From an uncultured Methanosarcinaceae archaeon (GTDB lineage Archaea; Halobacteriota; Methanosarcinia; Methanosarcinales; Methanosarcinaceae), in the NCBI GenBank assembly GCA_963847185.1, contig CAWJYV010000008.1, positions 1 to 64,000 of the forward strand: a stretch of 64,000 bases of DNA, written 5' to 3'. The notes beneath the pieces were generated by a model. It saw nothing but the letters and a program-made list of their open reading frames with translations, searched no databases and was not told the DNA's origin. The translations under genes were made by a program, and so were the position numbers. Below, in pieces: positions 19,556 through 33,119 of this stretch; the first letter of the stretch is position 1; every line of letters begins with the position of its first letter.

Positions 19556-20281
19556 ATGAGCCAAATTCCGGATCAGGGAGGAATTTGCATAGAATCATTC
19601 AAATGTGTGCTTACGAACTGGGATTATATTTATAATTTGTGCCGAAATATATCAAATGAAATAAAACGTTCGGGTTATGAACCGGATGTGATTATCGCTC
19701 TTGCCAGAGGAGGTTGGTTTGCAGGGCGTGTGCTTTGTGACTTTCTGGGGCTGGATGATCTCTCCAGTCTGAAAATCGAACATTATATAGGAACAATAGC
19801 TATCGACAGTGGTGAGCCTTATATCAGATATCCCCTCTCAGACAGTGTGATGGAAGGAAAAAAAGTGCTTATCGTGGATGATATTGTAGATACCGGAGAG
19901 AGTATGCTGAGTGCTAAGGCTTATGTGGAAGGTCGGAATCCCATAGAGGTCAGAACTGCCTCACTGCAGTATCTGGGAAGTTCAAAAATTGATCCAGATT
20001 ACGTGGGAGAACGACTTGAGGATTGGGCATGGATTGTCTACCCCTGGAATTTTATGGAAGATATGATCAGCATCTTGACCAAATGCATGAGAAAAGATTC
20101 AAAAAAACGCTGGAGCCTTGAAGATCTCAAACACAGCCTTTACATAAATCATGCCCTTGACCCTGTTGTCTTTGAAATTACCCAACCGGGAAGGCTTCCA
20201 GAAGTTCTCGAAGAAATGGAAAGAGTACGCAGGATCAGTTCCGAGACTATTGACGAAAAAAAGTACTGGAAACTTTTATAA
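19556..20281 (+). CDS. type I phosphoribosyltransferase
   Basis: LARGG, VLIVDDIVDTGES PRPP motif, WIVYPW. Confidence 0.92.
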   Translation: MSQIPDQGGICIESFKCVLTNWDYIYNLCRNISNEIKRSGYEPDVIIALARGGWFAGRVLCDFLGLDDLSSLKIEHYIGTIAIDSGEPYIRYPLSDSVMEGKKVLIVDDIVDTGESMLSAKAYVEGRNPIEVRTASLQYLGSSKIDPDYVGERLEDWAWIVYPWNFMEDMISILTKCMRKDSKKRWSLEDLKHSLYINHALDPVVFEITQPGRLPEVLEEMERVRRISSETIDEKKYWKLL

Positions 20282-20631
20282 AAAGAAATTTCTATTGTAA
20301 ATTTGCGGTTCTTGAGCGAGATTACTTACATATACTTTCTTTAACCAGAAGAGATTTGAACATAAAGTGCTCTTGCCTTACTGGTTGTTGATTATGGCCC
20401 TCTCGTCTAAAAGCAAATATTAAACAGTAAATACAATATACATCTATTCAGAGTATCTTAAGGTATCATTCAGAGTATAGATTTAAGATACATTACTTAG
20501 AGTATCTAACTTTGGTATCCGTAAGATATCGTTGTATTGTCAGTCAGGATATAAATTACCTTTTTAAGGTACAGACTATATGCTTGGATTATTCTCGACA
20601 AACTAAGTTCATATTTATTATCGGTGAATTC

Positions 20632-21090
20632 ATGCCCCACAGATGCACCAGATGCGGAACTATTTTTGAAGACGGAGATTCTGTCGTTCTAAGCGGCTGC
20701 CCGAACTGCGGCTGGAATAAATTCCTTTATGTGAAAAAGGAATCCGAAGGTTCGGAAAATCAGGGAAGGCCCGTTCTTGAAGAGCAGAAACTGGATCTGG
20801 AGTCTTCTCTGGAAGAAGTTGTCAGGAACATTGATGAAGCTCTTGCTTCTGAACAGGAAAACATAAAACAGGAGCCGGACGTTGAGGAGAAAACCGAAGG
20901 CGAGAGAGTGGAATCTGTAAGAATTCTTGGACCTGGTTCTTACGAACTTAATCTTGATTCCCTCCTTGAGAGAAAGGAGCTTGTAATGGCAATCAGAGAA
21001 GAAGGTTCTTATGCTCTGCATTTGCCTTCAGTTTTTAACCAGCAAAAGGAAAGGCACAAAGAGAGAGCAAAACCAAAAAAGCAGAAATGA
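20632..21090 (+). CDS. OapC/ArvC-family Zn-ribbon protein
   Basis: MPHRCTRCG...GCPNCGWNKFLY, ESVRILGPGSYELNL. Confidence 0.85.
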   Translation: MPHRCTRCGTIFEDGDSVVLSGCPNCGWNKFLYVKKESEGSENQGRPVLEEQKLDLESSLEEVVRNIDEALASEQENIKQEPDVEEKTEGERVESVRILGPGSYELNLDSLLERKELVMAIREEGSYALHLPSVFNQQKERHKERAKPKKQK

Positions 21091-21794
21091 TCGAGATCTT
21101 TCCGTAAGATTTTCCGGAAACTCCTTGCTAGGCGTTTTTTAAAATTTAATCGGTTAGTCCCTGTATTATTTTTTCCTGTAGTTTTTCTCTACTTTTTATT
21201 TTCTAGCTCTTCAATTTTTTTGAGTAATTTTTCCTATCTCCGTGGATTTTCTTTAATATATTGTTTTAATTCTAAATTTTTGCTTTTGCTGTTGATCTCT
21301 GATCTTCAATTCTTCTCTCTAATTATCGTGATAATTTATAATTCAGAACTATATATTTATATTAAAAAAGTTTTTCTAGAAAAAGTATAAGTTTATATTT
21401 CATCGAAGAGTTTGTTATCTGTTATTTATCAATTAAGAGATTCAAGTATAAGTCAGCAATTGAAATGCAAACTACTATCTTCACTTCCTTTCCGTTTGCT
21501 GATTTTCGGAAACTCTCACTTTAATTGCTAATGATAAGAAAGATAATATTTCCAAAGATTCTGATATGTATTTATTGAAATATTTTCTTTGCAGCTCGTA
21601 AAGAGCCTTTCAGCTCTGTGAGAATATATAATTAAAAAGATAACTCTTTAGACTAAAGTTCAGGGTAGAAAGTACTTTGAAAGTCTCGAAGTGGAAGTTG
21701 AAAAGATCCAGAAATTTGCTGTAAATGGGATAATCAATATCAGACTGTTTGATTGGAGTCGGAATTAAATCTGCTTGAGGAGCTTGAGAGGTTC

Positions 21795-22430
21795 ATGCAG
21801 GGAAAAACAAAATTCATAATTGCAATAGTTATTGTCCTGGCAGTATTCTATTATTGTTTGCCTCTATTTTATGAGACTCTCAATTACTCTCCTTCCGTTG
21901 GAGAGAACCAGTCTTACAGTAGAAGTGAATTGGTGTGGAATGCTCTTAAAAATCAGAGGGTAACCTTAAATGCTGAGATTCCTTCATTGCCTGCAGGTCC
22001 ATTTCCGATTTATAAAGGCAAATATTCTTCAAACTCCCTGAATGTCAACTTTACTTCTTCAGTTGAATCTTACAATAATTGTACTGAAGATGTCTGTTTC
22101 CTTGTCAAAAATAATGAGATTATAGAAAGCAAAGTTAAGTCAATGGATGGTCAAACAGTTTTCCAGCCTGTAAATTTGATAGATCTGAATACTTCAGGTA
22201 GCTACATAATTCAACAGGTAAAGGACAAGAATTTCCTTGCACTTGATAGTTATTTTCCGATGGTATCCCTGGGAAGAACCAGAATTGTTGAAATTAATTT
22301 TGTTTATTTTAATGGCTTTGATTCATATCCTTACAGGTACGCAGGCAAAACTACATATTACCCGGCATGGAAACTTACTGTTGAAACTTCAAACTATGGA
22401 ATTAAGGAGCTAATCATTAAAGCATATTAA
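21795..22430 (+). CDS. hypothetical membrane-anchored/secreted protein
   Basis: GAGG then ATG 21795; N-terminal hydrophobic helix; YPAW near C-terminus. Confidence 0.65.
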   Translation: MQGKTKFIIAIVIVLAVFYYCLPLFYETLNYSPSVGENQSYSRSELVWNALKNQRVTLNAEIPSLPAGPFPIYKGKYSSNSLNVNFTSSVESYNNCTEDVCFLVKNNEIIESKVKSMDGQTVFQPVNLIDLNTSGSYIIQQVKDKNFLALDSYFPMVSLGRTRIVEINFVYFNGFDSYPYRYAGKTTYYPAWKLTVETSNYGIKELIIKAY

Positions 22431-22835
22431 TCAGAAGCTAGATGCGTAGTTTTTTATTTTTTAATTTTTATGAATCCTCAGCGATTTAGCTCAATACAAA
22501 ATTCTTCTTTTAATTAATTCTACTGATACGTGAATTTATTTTCATCTAACTTTATATATGTTACAATCTTATTTCGATATGTTTTCTATTTTCTATTTCA
22601 TTCCTTTTCAATACTTTATCTGGCTCTTCGCTGTTTCGAGTGGGTAACTTACGTTCATTTCCTAAATGTGGAAGTAACATGTATAAAATTAGAAACATTT
22701 ATTGTTAAAAATAACATGCAGGCTTGATGTTTCTCTTTTTGACTTGACTACTTTCTAACTAGGTAATTATTTTCAACCCACACAAAACAGCGAAGAGCCC
22801 TTTATCTATTTTGCAATAAAATAGCTATGCAAATG

Positions 22836-22866
22836 TTTATATATTATTAATGATAACTAATGGTTA
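22836..22866 (+). promoter_or_regulatory. heat-shock operon promoter with HSR-type operator
   Basis: TTTATATA 22836-22843 then TAAC-N5-GTTA 22854-22866, resembling the CTAAC-N5-GTTAG site of Archaeoglobus HSR1. Confidence 0.65.
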
Positions 22867-23050
22867 CTATCTCTTACATACTTATTAACAGTTAGTCTCC
22901 TGAACAACTTTCCTGGCAGGAATTTTTTTCTTTAACCTATTAGAAGTAGCTCAGGGGAGTGACGAATAATAATTCCGTAGACATGAACATAAAAATCTGG
23001 AGTTATTATCTCAATGCTCCACAGATTAAGGAGAATATTGAGGGGGAAGA

Positions 23051-26017
<2,967 letters not shown>

Positions 26018-26174
26018 ACCTGCTGTTTGAAGGGTCGACAAAATACGACTGACCCTTTTAATTTCTTAAAGCTGGGGAAATATTTTAAGAATAATCGTTA
26101 TTTGATTAAGTCCTTATTTGATTGTTATATGACAGTGAAAACTAAAATAGATAGCCTAATAATGGAGTGGTAAG

Positions 26175-26699
26175 ATGGACAGAGACAGGAGAAGAAAAAG
26201 CTTTTTCGATGAAATATTCGGAATCGATTCCCTTCAGGACATGGATGAGATTTTTGATCGCCTCGGCAGAGCAATGGGTATGAGCATGGAAAATTTCGGG
26301 CAGCATCCTTTTGTTTATGGATTTTCCGTAACTCAGCGGCCAGGAGAAGATCCCGAAATCCGCGAATTTGGAAATATCCCTATGTTTGAACAGAGAGAAA
26401 CCGGAGAAAAGCGTTATCTTGACATCAGAAAACCCCTTATTGATGTTCTGGAAGCTGATGACACGTTACATGTTATTGCTGAGATGCCTGGCATTGAGAA
26501 ACAAAACATACAACTGAACGCAACTGATTTAATACTTGACATCGAAACAATAGATGGGAATCCAAAATATTCCGAACGTGTGGAACTGCCCATAAAGGTG
26601 GACCCCCAGAGTGCGAAAGCCACATACAAAAATGGTGTGCTGGAAGTTACCTTTAAGCGGCTGGAATCCAGTTCCCGAACCTCAATCAATGTTGAGTGA
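26175..26699 (+). CDS. hsp20: small heat-shock protein Hsp20
   Basis: PFVYGFS, AEMPG, AKATYKNGVLEV. Confidence 0.93.
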   Translation: MDRDRRRKSFFDEIFGIDSLQDMDEIFDRLGRAMGMSMENFGQHPFVYGFSVTQRPGEDPEIREFGNIPMFEQRETGEKRYLDIRKPLIDVLEADDTLHVIAEMPGIEKQNIQLNATDLILDIETIDGNPKYSERVELPIKVDPQSAKATYKNGVLEVTFKRLESSSRTSINVE

Positions 26700-26730
26700 T
26701 TTTCGGGCGCGAGGAAAAGCAGAGGTAATA

Positions 26731-27228
26731 ATGGTGGGCATAAGAAAAAAGAAGGATTTCTTTGAAGATTTTGGATCTGAACTATTTGACAATCTGGAAG
26801 AAATGATCGAAGCTCTCCTGGAAGAAATGGGAGAATCCGTTCCTTTCGTTTACGGATTTTCTATCATTCACCGCCCAGGGGAAGATCCAGAACTCCGGGA
26901 GTTCGGAAACGTTCCGGAATATTCTCAAAATGAAGAGAATCTCTTTCCCTCTGAAATAAAAGATCCACTAATTGACATCTTTGAAAGCGAAGAATTGGTA
27001 CATGTACTTGCAGAGTTCTCTGAGGTTGAAAAGGAAAACCTTCTTCTGCACGCGACCGCCCAAAACCTTGAAATCAGGGTTCTCGGCTCTCCCGAATATT
27101 TGGAAGATGTAGAGCTTCCGGTCCGTGTGGATCCGAAGAGTGCAAAAGCCAGCTACAAAAACGGAGTTCTTGAAGTTACTTTCAGACGTTGCCCTGAAGA
27201 AAAGCCTGTTGAAATAGAAATTAACTGA
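26731..27228 (+). CDS. hsp20: small heat-shock protein Hsp20 paralogue
   Basis: GAGGT then ATG 26731; PFVYGFS, AKASYKNGVLEV, C-terminal IEI. Confidence 0.92.
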   Translation: MVGIRKKKDFFEDFGSELFDNLEEMIEALLEEMGESVPFVYGFSIIHRPGEDPELREFGNVPEYSQNEENLFPSEIKDPLIDIFESEELVHVLAEFSEVEKENLLLHATAQNLEIRVLGSPEYLEDVELPVRVDPKSAKASYKNGVLEVTFRRCPEEKPVEIEIN

Positions 27229-27759
27229 TATGAAACAGTTTGAAGACTACAGTATTCAGGAATAGAAGTAAGAAAGTAATCTAAGGGCTGAAGGCTTGAC
27301 GATTTTGTTTGAAACTCTGAATGAAAACACACGTTGAATAGCATAAAATAGATTGTATAACTGAATTTTGCAGAGTTAACTTTTTCTCTGTCAAAATACA
27401 AATTTGACTTTTTTGTTTGTTATGTGTCTAAATTATGTACGTTTTTGCATATTTTTTAAACCATTCTTTGTAATGTAATTATATTCTATCCAGTGCTATT
27501 TTTTCTTATTCATGGCTAATATGTTTGTGCCATGGATAAGGGTAACTTATATTGTTTTGTCAATTCTCTAATAAATTATTTTGTTATCTGAATAATTTTT
27601 CTTCTGAAAAGGTTTTGAATTAACTTTTTGAACGAAGCTTTCTAGAAAACTATCTTTAATATACTCTTTTTCTTTTGGGGAATCTATTTTGGCAATGATT
27701 TCCTTTTTTAGACAAGTTTACTGGCAGTTTACTGAAAATATTGTTAAACATATGATTGA

Positions 27760-27795
<36 letters not shown>

Positions 27796-28766
27796 CTTTA
27801 TCTTTCTTTTTTCACCACACACCTAAAAAGCTCTGGCTGCTTCATGTTAGTAACAAACACTGGCAAGCCTGTTTCATTTCTTTTTCTTTATATTATCCTT
27901 TCTTGTTTGTGGTAGAAATTACGGCTTTCGTTGTTTCAAGAAGTTTATCAACCAAACAATTTGTATATAATATATTTGAGGATACACTTTTTATTTATTA
28001 TTAAAGTTATGGTCGAGTTATCAACTGATCACTAATTGATAATAGCGGTTTATTGAAAAAATTCTTAGATTTCTTTATAAATATCTGTTTTTTGAAATAA
28101 AATTTTTAAAAAGAATATATAAAAACTATTTGATTCAATTTGAAAAAACTCAAAGAGATGCATTTGTTCTTATTATAACATCTCTAGTTATGAACTTTTA
28201 TGCTAGTTACTTTACTTTTGATAAAAACAAAAACACAAAATATATACGTATGGTCGTTTAACAGAAAATCTGTAGTCCCAAAATAAAAGAAGTATGTGTG
28301 GTCTAGATCAATAACTCAAAATATGCATGTCGGTTGGAGAATTATTAAAATCCGATAAAACACATCAGCAAAACGATTTTTAAAGTTTGAATTAAAGGTG
28401 CACTCTGAATAGCCGGAAAATGCATTTTGAGACTTGCTTCCCTTGAGAAGAACTCAATTTCTTCTCAAAGCGCTTGAAGGTCCAATTGATCTATTAGAGA
28501 ATATCGTAGCATATCTTTATAAGGCCAAATCATTCGGGACTTTATAGAGTTCAATAGTAAATAAGTTCTTCAGGTACTTTCATAATCTACAGTGTTCACG
28601 ATTATAATTGTGCTTCATAACTAAACAATATATTATTACAATGCTGATTCGGTTATTACATACCTCAATAAATTACACTATCATGAGGGATCAAATTCTA
28701 CAGTTTATAAAATGTATCTTTAGTGTGAACGCTATAGAGTAAATAAGTTTAAGGAGGAAAAAATTA

Positions 28767-29880
28767 ATGGCTCTTGAACCAGGAATTTTAGCTGGATTTC
28801 TTGTAATATTCTTGGCCGTATTGCTCGGTCCTTTTAAAATACAAAATTATTGAGGAAAATCTGGAAGTATTCCTTTTCATCTGCGGAGTAGCGGCAATGA
28901 CAATTGCAGGTTTTGTCGAAATTCCAGGCGCAGAGACAGGCTGGAGAATGGAAATAATCGAAGAAGCATTGACTTCTCCGCTGGCTTCTTTACATATTGG
29001 CGGTATTCCAATAGGCATATTCCAGATAGTGCTGATTGTCGGTTTAATTATCTTTAAATGGCATGAACCTATCCATAAAGCAATCAGGAAAATGGCTCAT
29101 GCACTTTCTCTTAAGATTATGGCTTTTATCCTTATTGCCGTCCTTGGTCTATTTTCCAGTGTAATGTCCGCCATTCTTGCGGCAATAATTCTCGTTGAAA
29201 TGGTTAATGCACTGCCTCTCTCACGAAAATCCAAGATCGACCTGACAGTTATTGCATGTTTCTCAATTGGACTTGGCGCTGCGCTTACTCCTCTTGGAGA
29301 ACCTCTTTCAACAATTGCTATCTCAAAACTCTCCGGTGAGCCTTACAATGCCGATTTCATGTTCTTATTTAATATGCTGGGTAAATATATACTTCCAGGC
29401 ATCCTTGTTTACGGTATTGTTGGAATGTTCTTCCTTGGAAAAGTTGATATGAAAGACCCTGGAATGAAAGCCGAAGAGTATAACGAGACTCTGAAAGATG
29501 TCATTATGAGGGCTGTCAAGGTCTACGTGTTTATCATGGCTCTGACATTTCTCGGAGATGGTTTCAAGCCCATCATATTCGAATATTTTGCACAAATACC
29601 TTCCACGGTACTCTTCTGGGTTAACATGGTCTCGGCTATCCTGGATAACGCTACTCTGGCAGCCGCTGAGATAGGACCTACGATGAGTGAATTACAGATA
29701 AAGAGTATCCTTATGGGACTTTTAATTGCAGGTGGAATGCTGATCCCTGGAAATATCCCGAACATCATCTCTGCAGGCAAACTGGGTATAACCAGCAAAG
29801 AATGGGCAAGGCTCGGAGTACCTATGGGACTTGTCTCGATGGGTATCTATTTCGTAATTATTTTCGTGCTTAAAATTTAA
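28767..29880 (+). pseudogene. DUF1646-family membrane protein copy 1, frameshifted near 5' end
   Basis: AGGAGG then ATG 28767; one extra base at 28843-28846 gives TGA at codon 29; remainder near-identical to copy 2. Confidence 0.85.
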
Positions 29881-30648
29881 GCTCAAAATATGCCCATCGA
29901 ACTTGATATGATTAAGTTTCAGAATCTGGCGAGGAAAATAAAATAAGAAATCATTGGATTTTGGAACAAATTTTGATACATCCACCAAATAATAAGGCAC
30001 GTTGCAGTTTTTACTACATCCTCTTCAATTTTTATGAGAAAACAAATTTGGAGAGAGGTTTTTTTCCTTTTTAATGTTCCTTTAAGCTTCAATATATAGA
30101 AGAAATATGCTTAAAATCCAAAATTTAGGATATTTCATATTTATGCGACATTTGCTATCGTCTATAAATGAATTCTACTGATTTTCAAATTCCTGATTGC
30201 TACAGTTATTGAATATTGAAATCATTATAACTTTACAATCCAACAAAATATTACAAAGCTTCTTATTTTTTTATTTTTTCTGTGGATAATATTCTCAATT
30301 TAAATGTCTGTATTTAATGTCAACAATCATCCATAAAATAATTTCAAATTTTCACTTAATCTTGAGAAAGTATCTCCACAAAATGAGTCAATTGGATATA
30401 TATCATAAACGCTTTCTATTAACGCCATAATCTCTATTTTTTGTAAGTCCTTGAGTGGGAGGAAAATTAAAGATCTTCCATACTTCATGGGGATTGAATT
30501 GCATTTCTAGGGAAAATATATTATGGAAGAATATATAATAACTCAGGCTTTCATAATGCAAAATAATTTAGGATTCAAAGTGCTCAACACTACGTGAGTT
30601 TTACAGGCGTTAATTCTCTAGAATAATAGTTTAAGGAGGAAAAAATTA

Positions 30649-31761
30649 ATGGGTCTTGAACCAGGAATTTTAGCTGGATTTCTTGTAATATTCTTGGCCG
30701 TATTGCTCGGTCCTTTTAAAATACACTCTATTGAGGAAAATTTGGAAGTTTTCCTGTTTATCTGCGGAATTGCTGCAATGACCATTTCGGGTTTTGTTGA
30801 AATTCCAGGCGCAGAGACAGGCTGGAGAATGGAAATAATCGAAGAAGCATTGACTTCTCCGCTGGCTTCTTTACATATTGGCGGTATTCCAATAGGCATA
30901 TTCCAGATAGTGCTGGTCGTTGGCTTGATTATCTTTAAATGGCATGAACCTATCCATAAAGCAATCAGGAAAATGGCAAATGCACTTTCTCTTAAGATTA
31001 TGGCTTTTATCCTTATTGCCGTCCTTGGTCTCTTTTCCAGTGTAATGTCAGCTATTCTTGCGGCAATAATTCTCGTTGAAATGGTTAATGCATTGCCTCT
31101 CTCACGAAAATCCAAGATCGACCTGACAGTTATTGCATGTTTCTCAATTGGACTTGGCGCTGCTCTCACTCCTCTTGGAGAGCCTCTTTCAACGATCGCT
31201 ATCTCAAAACTCTCCGGTGCGCCTTACCATGCCGATTTCATGTTCTTATTTAATATGCTGGGTAAATATATTCTTCCAGGCATCCTTGTTTACGGTATTG
31301 TTGGAATGTTCTTCCTTGGGAAAGTTGATATGAAAGACTCTGGAATGAAAGCCGAGGATTATAACGAGACTTTGAAAGATGTCATAATGAGAGCTGTCAA
31401 GGTCTATCTGTTTATCATGGCTCTGACATTTCTCGGAGATGGTTTCAAGCCTATTATATTCGAATACTTTACGCAAATTCCTTCCACTGTACTCTACTGG
31501 GTAAACATGGTCTCTGCTATTCTGGATAACGCCACCCTTGCAGCCGCTGAGATAGGACCTGCTATGAGTGAGCTACAGATAAAGAGTATACTTATGGGGC
31601 TTTTAATTGCAGGTGGAATGCTGATCCCGGGAAATATCCCGAACATTATCTCTGCAGGCAAACTGGGTATAACCAGCAAAGAATGGGCAAGGCTCGGAGT
31701 ACCAATGGGACTTGTCTCGATGGCTATCTACTTCGTCATTATTTTTGTGCTTAAGATTTAA
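30649..31761 (+). CDS. DUF1646-family membrane protein (putative cation transporter) copy 2
   Basis: polytopic; GAALTPLGEPLSTI, SAILDNATLAAAE, GGMLIPGNIPNII. Confidence 0.88.
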   Translation: MGLEPGILAGFLVIFLAVLLGPFKIHSIEENLEVFLFICGIAAMTISGFVEIPGAETGWRMEIIEEALTSPLASLHIGGIPIGIFQIVLVVGLIIFKWHEPIHKAIRKMANALSLKIMAFILIAVLGLFSSVMSAILAAIILVEMVNALPLSRKSKIDLTVIACFSIGLGAALTPLGEPLSTIAISKLSGAPYHADFMFLFNMLGKYILPGILVYGIVGMFFLGKVDMKDSGMKAEDYNETLKDVIMRAVKVYLFIMALTFLGDGFKPIIFEYFTQIPSTVLYWVNMVSAILDNATLAAAEIGPAMSELQIKSILMGLLIAGGMLIPGNIPNIISAGKLGITSKEWARLGVPMGLVSMAIYFVIIFVLKI

Positions 31762-31793
31762 GCTCAAAACGACAGTTTAGTTTGATACAGTCC

Positions 31794-31866
31794 GCCAAAG
31801 TATCTTCTTCAGATAATGTGGGAGATTCTCCTCTAATTTGAAGAAGGCACTTTCTGGCTCTTTTTC
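31794..31866 (+). terminator. long stem-loop plus T-tract after DUF1646 copy 2
   Basis: CTTCTTCAGA...TTTGAAGAAG core with outer GCCA/TGGC pairing, then TCTTTTT. Confidence 0.45.
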
Positions 31867-32047
31867 ATTTAAAACATGTCAACTCAAACTCTGTCCATAT
31901 TCTTGTTTTCCTATGAAATATATAGATAATTTGTTTTTAGTTTACTTTGTTTCATGTATATAGGCTAAATCGAATAACTATATATCCCTTCTGAGTAATT
32001 TTAATTCTGAAAAGTCAGAAATGTGAAAAGTAGACAGAGGAATTCAT

Positions 32048-32791
32048 ATAGTAAAAATTGTACATCTTTCAGACATTCATTTCTCAGAGGCTTACTATGT
32101 CCCTGAGATTGCAGATTCAATGCTTCAAAATATAAACCGGAGTTATCCTGATATTGTAATCATTACCGGCGACCTGACAGAGAATGGACTTGCAGCAGAG
32201 TACAATGGGGCAAAGAACTTCATTGACAGAATAGAATGTAAAAACAAGGTAATAGTTCCGGGAAACCATGATTCCAAAAATGCCGGTTACCTTTTCTTTG
32301 AGGATATTTTCAAATCCAGATCGACCTTCGGGCACTTTGGTGAAGTAACTGTTGTAGGGCTTGATTCTTCTCAGCCTGATCTTGAAGAGGGACACATAGG
32401 AAGGGAAAATTATGACTGGATAGGGAAGGCTTTCTCAGGAAACGGTTTCAAAGTTTTTGCCCTGCACCATCATCTTATCCCGATTCCCAGGACTGGCAGA
32501 GGAAATAATGTACTTGTAGATGCAGGAGACGTTCTGGAACTTCTGGATCGCTCAGGTGTAAATCTCGTCCTTTGCGGGCACTGGCATATTCCATGGTTCT
32601 GGAGATTAAACAACATGCTTGTTGTCAGTGCGGGAACTGTCTGTTCTTCTAAAATCCGTGGAAAGACCTCTCAGTGTTACAACCTGATAGAACTTGATGC
32701 GCCAGAACCCGAATCTAAGCGCTGGCATATACGAATTCACAGAGTTTTCTCAAAAGGAGAAAAAGAACGGGTTGTCGATTGTATGATATGA
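32048..32791 (+). CDS. calcineurin-like metallophosphoesterase (Icc/CpdA-like)
   Basis: HLSDIH (upstream of first ATG 32120), TGDLT, PGNHD, HHH, GHWH; start inferred at ATA 32048. Confidence 0.88.
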   Translation: MVKIVHLSDIHFSEAYYVPEIADSMLQNINRSYPDIVIITGDLTENGLAAEYNGAKNFIDRIECKNKVIVPGNHDSKNAGYLFFEDIFKSRSTFGHFGEVTVVGLDSSQPDLEEGHIGRENYDWIGKAFSGNGFKVFALHHHLIPIPRTGRGNNVLVDAGDVLELLDRSGVNLVLCGHWHIPWFWRLNNMLVVSAGTVCSSKIRGKTSQCYNLIELDAPEPESKRWHIRIHRVFSKGEKERVVDCMI

Positions 32792-33119
32792 GCGCTTAGT
32801 TGATCGCATGATATAATACATATAAAAGATTAGTTCTGAAGAATGAATCAATTACTAAGAGGATCTTTTCAGGACATATTATCTACAGTAGTAAAAATAT
32901 GCAAATCAGCTAATTCTGGTGAAAATTAGAATTCCTTTCTTCTTTTTATTACTCATCTTCTTTTTGAAGACTATTTTCTTTTCGATTTAATTTTTCTTCA
33001 TCCAGTGAACAAGTTTTTATTTATGTTCAGTTACTTCCTTCAATCAGGATTATTATTTTTATCTAATACTATTCTATTCTGGGAATTGAATATTTAGTCA
33101 GGAGTAAGGAGTAAAGACA

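Noticed and set aside
21100-21750. Replication origin or gene remnant after the OapC-like gene
   Set aside because: AT-rich, but no ORB repeats or cdc6, and no recognisable reading frame
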